Below, piece after piece: positions 14,081-25,979 of a DNA stretch of 64,000 nt (the stretch's first letter is position 1; every line of letters starts with the position of its first letter). The position numbers and the translations under genes are program-made. The stretch comes from Octopus vulgaris (Eukaryota): assembly GCA_951406725.2 (NCBI GenBank), contig OX597816.1:123194001-123258000 (forward strand). The letters are read 5' to 3'. The notes under the pieces were generated by a model that saw only the letters and a program-made list of their open reading frames with translations, was not told where the DNA came from and ran no database searches.

Positions 14081-15047
14081 ATATGCATCTAGTTGTTACC
14101 AATATATGTCCACCACTTTCTATTTTCTTTATTTTTAATAATTTAAAACACACCGACTAAAAATAAACTTAGTCAACTGAAATATTTCCATTAACTCATA
14201 AAAATAACTCTTAAGTTTTCTGACGACAAACTTATGACTGCTGCTACATAAAACTATTATTACAAATTTAGCTGTTATTGTATTTAATTTAAGCAAAATG
14301 CTAGAAATTTTGAGGTGGCTTAGTGAATACCATTTATCCCAACATTCAATTGGTGCTTTATTTTTTATCTTACATCCTTTACATGCAGATAAGAAATAGA
14401 ATTAACAGTCAGGAAGTAGAGTTGACAGTATTGACTGAACACTTTCTCCCCAAAATTGATAATGCCAAAAGCTTCCTATTTATTCTTCATCAGCAAGAAT
14501 TCATACCAAATATTAACCCTGTTAACCTCATACAATAATCCTATTATTCCCATCTAACAGAATCTCAGAACAGATATGTGCTCTTCTTTTTCTCTTTGTC
14601 ATTATTGTTTCCAAGTTTATATAGAATTTAACCTTATTAACTTTACTATGGCTCTGTTATCACTTCAATACTAAAGGTCAGTTTAGCTGTTTTCAAACTG
14701 GTGGTGCCTGCGTAGCTGATATATAACTTTAATATCTTCAAGTTAATAACTAAAAGAGGTACATAAGTAGCACATAAGAGGCACATAAGCAGCAGTTTTG
14801 TGGAGAAAATGAATTGAAAAAAATGTTTAGTAGTAGTTTAGGAAGGTATGAAATATGATAATGATAGCAAAGGAAACACAAGCATAGACTAAGTTTTAAC
14901 TAGATTGTAGATGCATAGTACAAAATTACATGTACTGTGTGGAAGCAGATTTAAAGACAATAAACGAATACAACATATCAGAGACCTGATGCTGTTAAAG
15001 TTTTGGAAAGCATGAATTTACTTATCATTTTACTGAACATTTTTCAG

Positions 15048-15096
15048 ATGCAAACTCAGTTGATTATATGTTCAACAGGTACTCTATCCCTTATAT
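15048..15096 (+). CDS. Candidate small exon (donor at 15079 or 15097)
   Basis: Acceptor ...CATTTTTCAG; donors CAG|GTACTC or AT|GTAAGT. Reads (D)ANSVDYMFNRYSIPY or MQTQLIICST(G). Frame unresolved. Confidence 0.3.
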
Positions 15097-15515
15097 GTAA
15101 GTGATGTGTACACAACCTGAAAAGGCATTAATAATACCTGACTTGATTGCATTCATAATTTTATTGTTTTTATGAAGTTCTCAGATCTTTTATATATTCA
15201 TCACTCCGCAGAAAATTTATAACACAAATTTTATTTTGTTGACACATTACAAAAACTAAATGGATATTACATTGAATATCAAAATTGGCTTATATGAAAT
15301 TTTATACTTGAATATAATTAAAAATGAACCAAACAGCTACTGAATAGTATTATGTAATATAAATTACCTCAGTTAAATATTTTCATGCTAATAATTTCCT
15401 TAACATCAGTTTTTGATTCATTTAAAGATTGTAACATTTTAAATTTTAAATTATTGATTAAAATGTTTTTGAAGATACTTAATAATTGTTATTTGATCTC
15501 TCTCTTTACTTTTAG

Positions 15516-16184
15516 GAATATTACTCTGTATGGGAGAAGAAGACATTCATCATTTGCTTTTTCGGAACCAAAATATTGGAATTATTGAGAAGCATCATGC
15601 AGTAATCATGTTCAATCCATCTCCTTACCGGACAGTTCAAGAATATATGGAAAGAATAACACGCCAGACTTCAAAAATTCAACCACAACATATGGCAACC
15701 ATTCACAACATACTTGAATATACTTTTGTTTTACAAGTTTCGTTCCTTTCAGAACTTCCATCCAACTATGCAAGCTCTGTTGTTGACTTGAATGTCAGTA
15801 GGTATTTTGTAGAAAACAAACAAGACACACACAATTTACATTACACTTCCATTATCAGGGATGTGCTTCAGATGTTGCTTTACACAAATAATAACAGTTC
15901 TTCTTGTCCCAACACAGAGACATTGAAAAAATCTCTACGACAGATAGCATTTCGATCTCCTGCTGGGTGGATATTAATCGGTAAAGAAAATCTAGTACAC
16001 TTTGAATACAAATTATATGATTTTAATCCAACATCACAAGAGTTTGAACTTGTTCTACAACTGAGCCCATATGGATCAAACTATAAACTGGTACTGAATG
16101 TTATTCAAGCAATATTCTGGCCAAATGGATTAAAAATTTACCCAGATCCTTGTTTCAAAACAAAGGAGAACTGTATAGAATCAG
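15516..16184 (+). CDS. Internal coding exon: C-terminal half of an ANF-receptor/periplasmic-binding-type extracellular domain (receptor guanylyl cyclase / natriuretic peptide receptor-like)
   Basis: Acceptor TCTCTCTTTACTTTTAG|G and donor TCAG|GTATGG; 669 nt open, phase 1-1. ILLCMGEEDIHHLL..IGII..HAVIMF resembles the ANF 'iilc..vr.lm..a..lGm...y.fi' block. YTSIIRDVL, LRQIAFRSPAGWILIG, YKLYDF and IFWPNGLKIYPDPCF...C resemble the rGC juxtamembrane motif. Confidence 0.75.
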
Positions 16185-18467
16185 GTATGGAATCTTTGCT
16201 TATTTTTCTCAGATTTCTTTAAATATTGATAACCAATTGGCATTTAAGCTGAATAAATAACAACTTGCATTGGCAAAGGCCAATTCAATAAATGAAAATA
16301 TAATAAATTAAAGTTTACTTATGTGTCACAAAGAATAGGAAAATGTAACATTTACCCGTGAAATTTTCATTCTCATTGTAAAGCAACACATCTTACATTT
16401 TACTTTTCAATTTTGAACACTAAGCAAATATTTTATAGCCAGATTGCCATCTTAGCACTAAATGCATTTTAATGCTAATCACTTCTTGCCACTAAGTATT
16501 CAATGCAGAAGTAGGAGTAGACTATGTCATTTTTCAGTTAGATACATTGATGCAAGCAGAAGCGGGAATTTTGCTTGCAACAATAAAAGGATTTGAACCT
16601 ATAATTATGGAATCAGCAGTACATCTTAATTTCACAGCTATCTTTATTTCATATATACATTTATATACATATATGTTTATATGTGTCAATGGGTAAAATA
16701 AATAATAAAGCTTTTAATTTTAAAATGTCAGGCAGGTTATAAAATATGTAAAGTAAAAGATTTAGCAGGAGATAGAAAATCCTAGCATTAGAGGTCAATT
16801 ATTTTTCAAGTTATTTAACTTTTGTAAAAATGTGTTCTATTGTTTTATTGAATTATATTTTTGTATGTCATAAGCAAAGTATATGCCAAGAGGATTCGTA
16901 ATCTAGGGGCATCTGCTGAATTGAAACAGATTATGGAATATTGGAGAAAAGTAGTTTTGAAAACAATTCCAGTTAATACCAATGCAATTAAAATTAATGG
17001 AAAATCTCTGGAAACAAGGAGAGGAGATGTCCCAAGAGTCTTAACTGAGAATATCAAATAAAGCATTGAATAAGTTTTACTGCAGCAACAGTAGTGTATT
17101 GACTATTCTAAAGGATTTTAGGTCTAAACAAGAAAATGCAAAAAAATTGCTTCTTGGTCTGATAAAGAAAGTTTGAAATAAATATTGAAGGTTCATCTTT
17201 TAATGCAATTTCTCTTTCTCTTGATATAGGGTGGATGATGATATAGACTCATGTAAAGACATTCATACATATATAACTATTCTATTTGATTCAGTCAACG
17301 GAGTGTGATTCAGCCAATATGTCTCAAAGAGTTTTAGTCGATCATGTTAAACAAATACTTATTTCTAAGACTGATACTTACTTTAGTAGTTGCTGTTTGT
17401 TTCACTGCTAAGTTATGGGACATAAGCACAGGCACCAATTTTATTTATTGCTTTTTGTTTGGCTTTTGTTCTTCACTCAAACTCAGTACAATATCAATAG
17501 TAAAAGGTTGCGCAATGTACATAGTAAGTTGGCAGGGTCATTAGCATAAAACAAAATAGATTTGCTCTGGTTCTTTGCACTCTGAATTTAAATTAAATAG
17601 AGGAGAATTTTGCCTTTCATCTTTTCAACACCAATAAAATAAGGAACTAGGCCAGGCTGGTGAACTGGCAGAACTGTAAGAACTGTAAAATGTCTTGCAA
17701 TAAGCATTTTGGATCTTTTTGATCAGTTCTTCAAAGATTGACCTAAATTCATCATCTAACTGAATACCACCAACTGGTTCTTGAGTACATTTTGTAAATC
17801 TCACTCTGTTGCAAGTATTTTGGTCAGGTGTCAGGGTTTCAGAATAACTTCCTTCTTCCTACAAGTGTTGGAAGCTTCAAAAAAAAAAAGAAAAAAGAAA
17901 TTGTTAGGTGCACTACCTTCCTCTCCTTTATTATATGGTTAAAAGAGAATGGAAAACTTTTAAACGGAAGTCATTTTGGGTCTTTGGACTCAGGATAATG
18001 GTAACTAATATTAGTTTCAGACTTTGGCACAAGGCCAGAATGTTTGTATTGAATTTAAATTCTCAAAGGAAAATGATTGAACAAAAACATTGACAATGAG
18101 AAAGTTCCGGTTGTGTTTATGGAGGAAAACTGATAAATTACAAGGTTTGGGAGTTGAAAGTTAGGCAGGCAGAGCATGCCAGTTTATATGCAGACTGACA
18201 CATATTGAGCAAGTACAGAAAGATTGAAGAGCAAAATCTATTTTAGTACAGTATAAATACACAAAGCAAATTTCTGATTATTTGATGCAATGTTGTGGAG
18301 AGTTGGCAAGGAATGTTTGCTGATTAGTACAGTGCAAATAGACAAAGTAAACTTCAGGGTATTTGACCCAAGGTTTTTGAGTGTGACTGAGAGAAAGTCT
18401 GCTGATTAAGCACTTCATCAAATTATGAAGCAACCGAGAAAACATGTGTACGGTTTACACACAAAAC

Positions 18468-18817
18468 TGTTGAGGGATGTTTGGGGAGAGTCATTTTCTT
18501 TTTGTGCCTTATAATGTAACACACTCACCGGAAAAATTTTCACTTATTTCTTATTTTCATTTTCCTAAAATTTTTGTTGTGTCTTGCAACCTTTTTAATA
18601 GTCTTAAGACTAATGAAAAGGTTGCAAGATGCAACGAAAATTTTAGGAAAATAAAAATAAGAAATAAGTGGAAATTTTACCGGTGAGTGTGTTACATTAT
18701 AAGGCACAAAAAGAAAATGACTCTCCCCAGACACAACAAAATATCCTTCAACACACAAACTCATATAAACAATCTTGCAAACCAAATCCAAAAACGAAAT
18801 AAAAATGTTGAGGGATG
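18468..18817. mobile_element. Spacerless ~280-bp palindrome (centre 18605/18606) plus tail; Penelope pLTR-like fragment with degenerate HHR-like core
   Basis: Arms are reverse complements around AGTCTT|AAGACT. The arm consensus reads TTGAAAAG-GTTGC-AAGAC-GCAAC-GAAA-ATTTT. TGTTGAGGGATG occurs at both 18468 and 18806. Confidence 0.65.
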
Positions 18818-19484
18818 ATTGTGATGATAATGACTGGTTACTCCAAACCAGACCCTAATTAAATAGACCTATGTTCAAGAGTATTTCAGCTATGAACAGT
18901 CTTTCTCGTTCTTGTTTCTCAATGGTTACAATGGCCAAAATATATTTATTTTGTTTTTAAGATGGAAGTGTAAGACATGAGAGAATTTGGTTGCTTTTTC
19001 TAGCAGGCCCAGTGATCTAATAGAGACAGCAGAGCTGTTTACATGTTTTATGTTTTTTGTTCTGTAGAGAAAACTCAGCATTTCACTTGGTGAAACATGT
19101 GACTTAAAACGTAGGTTATGACTGAAGGGAAGATGCCTGAGATTTGTTAGAAGTAATATGAAAAAGGAGAATGTGTTAGAAATTTGCTTCCTTTCAGTGA
19201 GTAATATCAGTTCAGACACACACACACACACACATAGAAAGACAGATGCATATATACATATATAAGAATTTTTATATGTATATTGTATATGAATATATAT
19301 AAGTATATATATATGTATATATATATATATATATATATAATGAACTCATTAGAAATAGCAGCTAAAAAACTTTTTAAAACTATTTCTAATACTTAAAGAA
19401 AACCTCTCTCATATAGTGTTTGCTCAACTCAACTCACGAAAGTTTGGGGGTAAAGACATCAAAAAATCAAATGCAAAGGTTATT

Positions 19485-19536
19485 TGAGAACGTACGTTTC
19501 AAGATTAGTCAACACGACACTTCTATCATCAGCTCA
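19485..19536 (-). ncRNA. Minimal type-I hammerhead ribozyme motif (copy 1)
   Basis: Minus strand: UGAG-CUGAUGA-[U AGA..GUCG UGU UGAC..UCU U]-GAAA-CGUACG-UU-CUCA. Confidence 0.7.
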
Positions 19537-20044
19537 GAAACTCCTTGGTTTGGATTTGAAAACACTGAAAGTGAGAGCATACCCTTTCGGCTTCTCATCG
19601 CTTTCGAAGATCTGCTCGTAACTAACAGTGCCAACAAACTCAAATATGCAAGCGAAGAATTTCTGTTCTCCCCTTTCCACCAGCGTGGGTTAAAATCAGC
19701 AAACACTATGCTTATTTCTGTAAAATCCGAAGCATTAATTAGAGGGAGATTAATTATAATTTCAACAATTGAGGGTAAAATTAATTAATTATTAATCAAT
19801 TTCACCAAGTGTTCAGTATGCAAAGGGACCATTTAAGGCGAATTCAAATTATTACATTATATAAAAGGGCTTAGTAAAATAAATTACTTTGCCGCATACT
19901 GAACTCATTAGAAATAGCAGCTAAAAAACTTTTTTAAAACTATTTCTAATACTTAAAGAAAACCTCTCTCATATAGTGTTTGCTCAACTCAACTCATGAA
20001 AGTTTGGGGGTAAAGACATCAAAAAATCAAATGCAAAGGTTATT

Positions 20045-20096
20045 TGAGAACGTACGTTTCAAGATTAGTCAACACGACACTTCTATCATCAGCTCA
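20045..20096 (-). ncRNA. Minimal type-I hammerhead ribozyme motif (copy 2)
   Basis: Identical to copy 1, offset by 560 nt. Confidence 0.7.
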
Positions 20097-20523
20097 GAAA
20101 CTCCTTGGTTTGGATTTGAAAACACTGAAAGTGAGAGCATACCCTTTCGGCTTCTCATCGCTTTCGAAGATCTGCTCGTATTTTACTAAGCCCTTTTATA
20201 TAATGTAATAATTTGAATTCGCCTTAAATGGTCCCTTTGCATACTGAACACTTGGTGAAATTGATTAATAATTAATTAATTTTACCCTCAATTGTTGAAA
20301 TTATAATTAATCTCCCTCTAATTAATGCTTCGGATTTTACCGAAATAAGCATAGTGTTTGCTGATTTTAACCCACACTGGTGGAAAGGGGAGAACAGAAA
20401 TTCTTCGCTTGCATATTTGAGTTTGTTGGCACTGTTAGTTACGAGCAGATCTTCGAAAGCGATGAGAAGCCGAAAGGGTATGCTCTCACTTTCAGTGTTT
20501 TCAAATCCAAACCAAGGAGTTTC

Positions 20524-20575
20524 TGAGCTGATGATAGAAGTGTTGTGTTGACTAATCTTGAAACGTACGTTCTCA
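20524..20575 (+). ncRNA. Minimal type-I hammerhead ribozyme motif (copy 3, inverted)
   Basis: TGAG 20524-27, CTGATGA 20528-34, GAAA 20560-63, palindromic CGTACG 20564-69, GUU cleavage triplet ending 20571, CTCA 20572-75. Confidence 0.7.
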
Positions 20576-20857
20576 AATAACCTTTGCATTTGATTTTTTG
20601 ATGTCTTTACCCCCAAACTTTCGTGAGTTGAGTTGAGCAAACACTATATGAGAGAGGTTTTCTTTAAGTATTAGAAATAGTTTTAAAAAAGTTTTTTAGC
20701 TGCTATTTCTAATGAGTTCAGTATGCGGCAAAGTAATTTATTTTACTAAGCCCTTTTATATAATGTAATAATTTGAATTCGCCTTAAATGGTCCCTTTGC
20801 ATACTGAACACTTGGTGAAATTGATTAATAATTAATTAATTTTACCCTCAATTGTTG

Positions 20858-20899
<42 letters not shown>

Positions 20900-21984
20900 T
20901 ATACATATACATACATACATATGTAAGCATCTATATCTCTCTCTCTATATATATATATATACACATACATAAATACCTATATGTACATATATATATATAT
21001 ATACACACACATATATATGTATACATATATATGCACACACATATATATATGTACATACACACACACACACACATATATACACATATGAAATATGCATATA
21101 GGTATAAATTTTGCATCTTGTCACAGGCATATATTCAATATATGTATTCATAAATGTGTGCATCTACATATGTCAAGTGTATGTCCTTATGAGCATAGAT
21201 AAAGTTTATAATCCTGAGTCATATGTGTGTACACCACACACACAAACCAAACAATCACATCTTTTTGTGTCATATCTTTTATGCATTTACTTTAACAAAC
21301 TGTCAAGTCTTAGACATTTCTATTCTTCAAATATTTTCCTCCTTTCTTTATATTAATTTCATCCATTTTTTTTATATATTCTTGATATCATTTTAATGTT
21401 TATTTATTTAAATTAGGTATGACATTACTCAATATTTTCTTTTCTTCTTACTTTTGGTAAAAAAAAAGCCTTCCCACCTATCCATAAATATTAGATTCTA
21501 TTTCACTATATTCATACACACACAGACACACACACAGACACACACACACACACACATACACACAGTGTAATAAACGAAAAGAACAACTGTTCGTTATTCT
21601 TTATTTCTTGAGAGAATGATTTTTTTTACTTTGACATACTTAATATTGTTATGCTACTAATATAAAAATATATAAAGATGAAAGTATTTTAAAGTTATTG
21701 CTTTTTAACCCCAGGAAGGCTTTGAATTAGCAGGCTATTGATCAATTGTTTTCTAGTCATAAATATTCCATCGTTTTGTATATTTTTGATGTACATTTTC
21801 CAAGTTATTTAAATTATTTCTTTAGTTTGGTATTTATTTGTTTGTTTGTTTGTAAACAGAATGGTAGGATTTGAGGAAGATTAACCTACTATTTTTAGGA
21901 AATTAACCAGGCATGAAGAGGTTCCCTTATATATGTCTATGTACCTTGGCATGAATGCAATACATAGTGTAATTTACATTCTAT

Positions 21985-22260
21985 CATCATCATCATCATC
22001 ATCATCATCATCGTTGTCGTCGTCGTCGTTGTTTAATGTCCGTTTTCCATGCTTGCAGGAGTTGGACAGTTTGACATGGAGCTGACCACCTGGGAGCTGT
22101 CCAGACACCAATTGTCTGTTGTGGCATGATTTCTATGGCTGGATGCTCTTCCTAACACCAACCACTTAAAAGAGTGTGTTGTGTGCTTCTTACATGCTAC
22201 TGGCATATATGCATTTAAGCATCATTGGCACTGGTGCATTTTATGTGGCACCAGCATCCC
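21985..22260 (-). mobile_element. Family R retroposon (diverged)
   Basis: (CAT)n...GTTTAATGTCCGTTTTCCATGC...GGCTGGATGCTCTTCCTAACACCAACCAC. Confidence 0.7.
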
Positions 22261-22314
22261 AAGGACAAGCCTATATGTGCGAAAGAGCAATTTTACTTAG
22301 CTTAACTTCTTATA

Positions 22315-22573
22315 GTGGAGGCGCGTGGCTTAGTGGTTAGGGTGTCAGCATTATGATCATAAGATTGTGGTTTCAATTCCTGGACTGGGCGACGCATTGT
22401 GTTCTTGAGCAAAACACTTCATTTCATGTTGCTCCAGTCCTCTCAGTTGGCAAAAATGAGTAACGCTGTGATGGACTGGCGTCCCATCTAGCTAGAGAAC
22501 ACATATGCCATAGAAACTGGAAACCAGGCCCATGAGCCTGGCTAAGCTTTAAAAGGGCACATTTATTTATTTT
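22315..22573 (+). mobile_element. tRNA-derived SINE family C with 13-bp TSD
   Basis: A box TGGCTTAGTGG, B box GGTTTCAATTCC, (ATTT)n tail. TSD TTAACTTCTTATA at 22302-22314 and 22574-22586. Confidence 0.85.
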
Positions 22574-23964
22574 TTAACTTCTTATAAATCACATCTTCCA
22601 AAAATGTTATTAATGATAGACTGCTGCCAGGAAGAGATTTACTTCTTTGCCACTTAATGAGATTGTTTTCTTTGATAAACCAGCTATCTACATTCTTTGA
22701 CTTATGAACTGTTCATCATCATTGAGAATGAAATATGTTGTCACAGATTTTTATCATTGCATTTGCTGGGAAAGACTCATAAGTGAGTCAATAATAGTAT
22801 TATACAAATGAACAAGAAATTCCACAAGGGGTGACTGAGAGAGGCATTTAACAACAAATTCATTCAAAGCAGGTTAACAGAACATACATAAATTATCAAA
22901 TCCTCACTGGTAACAAGATTAGGATGTAGGAATTGACTTAACTGTATTTGCTCAGCAATTAATTATCTGGAAAATAAGAGACAAAAAAATATGAATCTTC
23001 CAAAACATGCTGAAATATTTTTCTTGATTTGCTAGTAAGAACTGAGATACGTCCAACTTGAAATGCCAACAGAGTTCTGCCCTGATCTAGCTTAGGGTGA
23101 GAAGGGAGATGTATGATCTTTGTGGTGATCTTAAAATCTCTGGCTGGAAAGAGGTGAGAAAAATGTGAATCCTTCAGCTCCCAATAACACTCTGCAATGA
23201 TTTTAACTAGTGAAAAATGGCACAAGTCTTAAGAAGATTCAAGGTGATGTTCACAATATGGCTTCAGGCTGATGGTTGATATTTTGGTTGTTCCCATGAA
23301 AATGGTGTGGTTCATTTATGACAGTGAATGGGTAATTTTGCATTTGGGGTTCAAATCCTTACAACTTCCAGTCAATATTCAAGTTGTCTAACATCAATCT
23401 TGACGAGAGGAGGGTCCTCCACCTCAAAGCTGAAAACCTTTTGGCCACCCACCAGTCTTGACTCAAATACTTCTTTCACTAGACCAACGTAACATTCTCC
23501 AACTAAAATGACCCTTTGACTCTCACACAAGCTTTCAGCTTAATTCTTGTCATCATGATCATCATAATCATCATTGTTGTCATCGTCATCATCGCCTTCA
23601 TTGTCCTCCTCCCCCTCCTCATAATTTAATCTTCCTGTTCCATGCTATACACAATTACAGATGCCCACCCACTTCTAGTTACTCTGTCCCCTCTCACTTC
23701 TACTCATCTCATAATTTGAAATACAGCTTGGACACCTCCTCATCACTATCTGTCTCTTTACATCTACAACTGATTCATTTCTGACTCCCTACTAAATATT
23801 GGTTTAAAACATTAATTATTTTTAACAAACAAGTACTATATAATATTGCGGATTTTGCAATTGGTGGGGAGGGGGAATTTTGTGGCTTGTCCTGGGTGCA
23901 GTTTACCCTAGCTGTGTCACTGAATATGTACTCTAGCAGTGCTTTCAGATGTCACAAACATAGA

Positions 23965-24169
23965 CATGCAAACATATGCACACACACACACATATGCATA
24001 TATATATATGACGGGCTTCTTTCAGTTTCCATCTGCCAAATCCACTCACAAGGCTTTGGTTGGCCTCAGACTGTAGTAGAAGATATTTTCCCAAGGTGCT
24101 ATTCAGTGAGACTGAACTCAGAATCATGTGGTTTGGAAAGCTTCTTACCACACAGCCAAACCTGCGCCT
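23965..24169 (-). mobile_element. SINE family A (5' half)
   Basis: GACGGGCTTCTTTCAGTTTCC...CTTACCACACAGCCAAACCTGCGCC. Confidence 0.75.
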
Positions 24170-24340
24170 ATATTTATATACCCTTAAGGACAGGAGTTTT
24201 ATGACCAAATATTGTTTGTACTTTGCTCTGTTCAAACTTGGAATGCTAGTTGTATTGTGAAGTACTCTCTAGGCTAACATACTATATTTGCTTATATTAT
24301 TTACATTTGACTGATATTTGTCCTCATCTTGTTTGTTGTT

Positions 24341-24385
24341 AACACAACGTTCAGTTGATATACCCTCCAGTCTTCTTCAGGTGTC
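24341..24385 (-). ncRNA. Hammerhead-like motif (GAAA reduced to GAA)
   Basis: Minus strand: GACAC-CUGAAGA-AGACUGG AGGGUAUA UCAACU-GAA-CG-UU-GUGUU. Stem I is GACAC/GUGUU. Confidence 0.55.
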
Positions 24386-24440
24386 TTGGGGAAATTTAAA
24401 ACCTGGGTTCTTATTCCTAAGGTATTTTTCGATGTTGCTA

Positions 24441-24498
<58 letters not shown>

Positions 24499-24937
24499 CA
24501 TTATTATTATCATTATTATTATTATTGTTCAGGTCGCTGCTTGGAATCAAACTCAGAATCTTGGGGCTAGAAGCCTGCACTCTTAACCACTATGCCATAT
24601 GCCTGTGGGCATATGGCATAACACCTTGGCAAATATCTTCTACTACATATGGCATAACACCTTGGGCAAATATCTTCTACTATGGCCTCAGGCCAACCAA
24701 AGCCTTGTGAGTGGAGTTGGTAGATGGAAACTGAAAGAAGCCCGTTGTATATATATATATATATGTGTGCGTGTGTGTATGTTTGTGTATCTGTATTTGT
24801 GACATCTGAGATTACTACTGGAGTACATTTTAGTGGCATAGCTAGGATAAACTTAACCACTATGTCACATGCCCATGAGCATATGGCATAGTAGTTAAGA
24901 GCACGAGCTACTAACCCCAAGATTCTGAGTTGGATTC

Positions 24938-24981
24938 CATCTGAAGAAGACTGGAGGGTATATCAACTGAAATGTTGTGTT
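24938..24981 (+). ncRNA. Hammerhead-like motif
   Basis: CAU-CUGAAGA(24941-47)-AGACUGG AGGGUAUA UCAACU-GAAA(24969-72)-UG-UU-GUG. Confidence 0.55.
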
Positions 24982-25920
24982 AACAACAAACAAGATAAGG
25001 ACAAATATCTGTCAAATGTAAATAATTTAAATAATGTACATAATTCCTCATCTCTTAAATATAGAACTGTATGTTTACTTATGTATTTAACTGTTATCCA
25101 CAATTCTGTTGGCAGTCACTAAGACCTTTACAGGTCCTCTGTAACCAGTGAAATAAATGCTATTAATGTTTTATTTAAAATGCTGTAAATATATATCTGT
25201 GTGAATGATATGAGTAGAAAGAAGAGTTGAGAGAATGGATCTGGAGAGGAAAGACAGGGTATACAGGTTACTGTGAGAGGGTTTGCCACAAGAAGGGTGA
25301 TGGTAGGTGAAGAAATGAGTGGGTCAGGAGTGTCTGACTGAAGGTAAGTCTGATGAACAGAGGTCATTATAGTGATAGGAGGCAGTACATTTGTGGGCCA
25401 GTGGTTGGAGCTATCTGTGAATGATTTACTACCAGTCAATCAAGTGGTTCTTCTCAGGCTGCAAACCATGACATCTGTGAGCATAGTACAGCTCAGTTCC
25501 AAATGGACAGCAATGCTCCATGGTGGTTTTGACTTGATTTTTGAAGCATGTTAGTAATTAATTAAGGGTTAAATATTTTCTGTCCATGAAGAGAAGGCTC
25601 AGTCTTCAGAATGTCCTCAGGAACTTTTAAATGCTGATGATGACAGTTCTCATTATAGAATCTGATAAGAAACAATTAGGAAAAAAAATTTCTAATGCAT
25701 TGAACAATAAAAGTTATTTATAAAATTATTGTAAGAATAGTGTGAGTTATCCAAATTTACAATATTTAGATAACATATGAATTGAATATACTAATAAAAG
25801 CAATTATTTAATAAATATTTTACAAGTACACCCAGGAAAAGTAACAATTTAGAGTAAAGTTATACTGTTTTAGTTATCAAGAGCTAGATATGCAATATTA
25901 TGAGGCTTTGATTTCATGGA

Positions 25921-25945
25921 ATCCTCCTCCTCCTCCTCCTCCTCC

Positions 25946-25979
<34 letters not shown>

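Larger units (their letters stand above)
19341..20864. mobile_element. Tandem plus inverted array of a ~560-bp HHR-bearing unit (retrozyme-like / Penelope pLTR-like)
   Basis: Unit 1 19341-19899; partial unit 2 19900-20180; inverted ~1.2 units 20181-20864. Copies are near-identical. (TA)n on both flanks. Confidence 0.85.
24295..25070. mobile_element. tRNA-headed, (AAT)n-containing, HHR-bearing non-autonomous element, present as an inverted pair
   Basis: Minus copy 24295-24600: head, (AAT)n, HHR, tail. Plus copy ~24880-25070: head fused directly to HHR and tail. A SINE-A fragment lies between them. Confidence 0.75.

Noticed and set aside
17230-17246. Acceptor TTCTCTTTCTCTTGATATAG as the next exon of the receptor gene
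   Set aside because: In phase 1 it gives GWMMI then a stop; unsupported without transcripts.
17386-17523. Possible hydrophobic (TM) exon ending in GTAAGT
   Set aside because: Overlaps SINE-derived sequence and lacks a convincing transmembrane helix followed by basic residues.
24540-24600. Functional tRNA gene (also the SINE heads at 22315, 35805, 41910, 43300)
   Set aside because: No complete acceptor stem; the heads run into repeat bodies.
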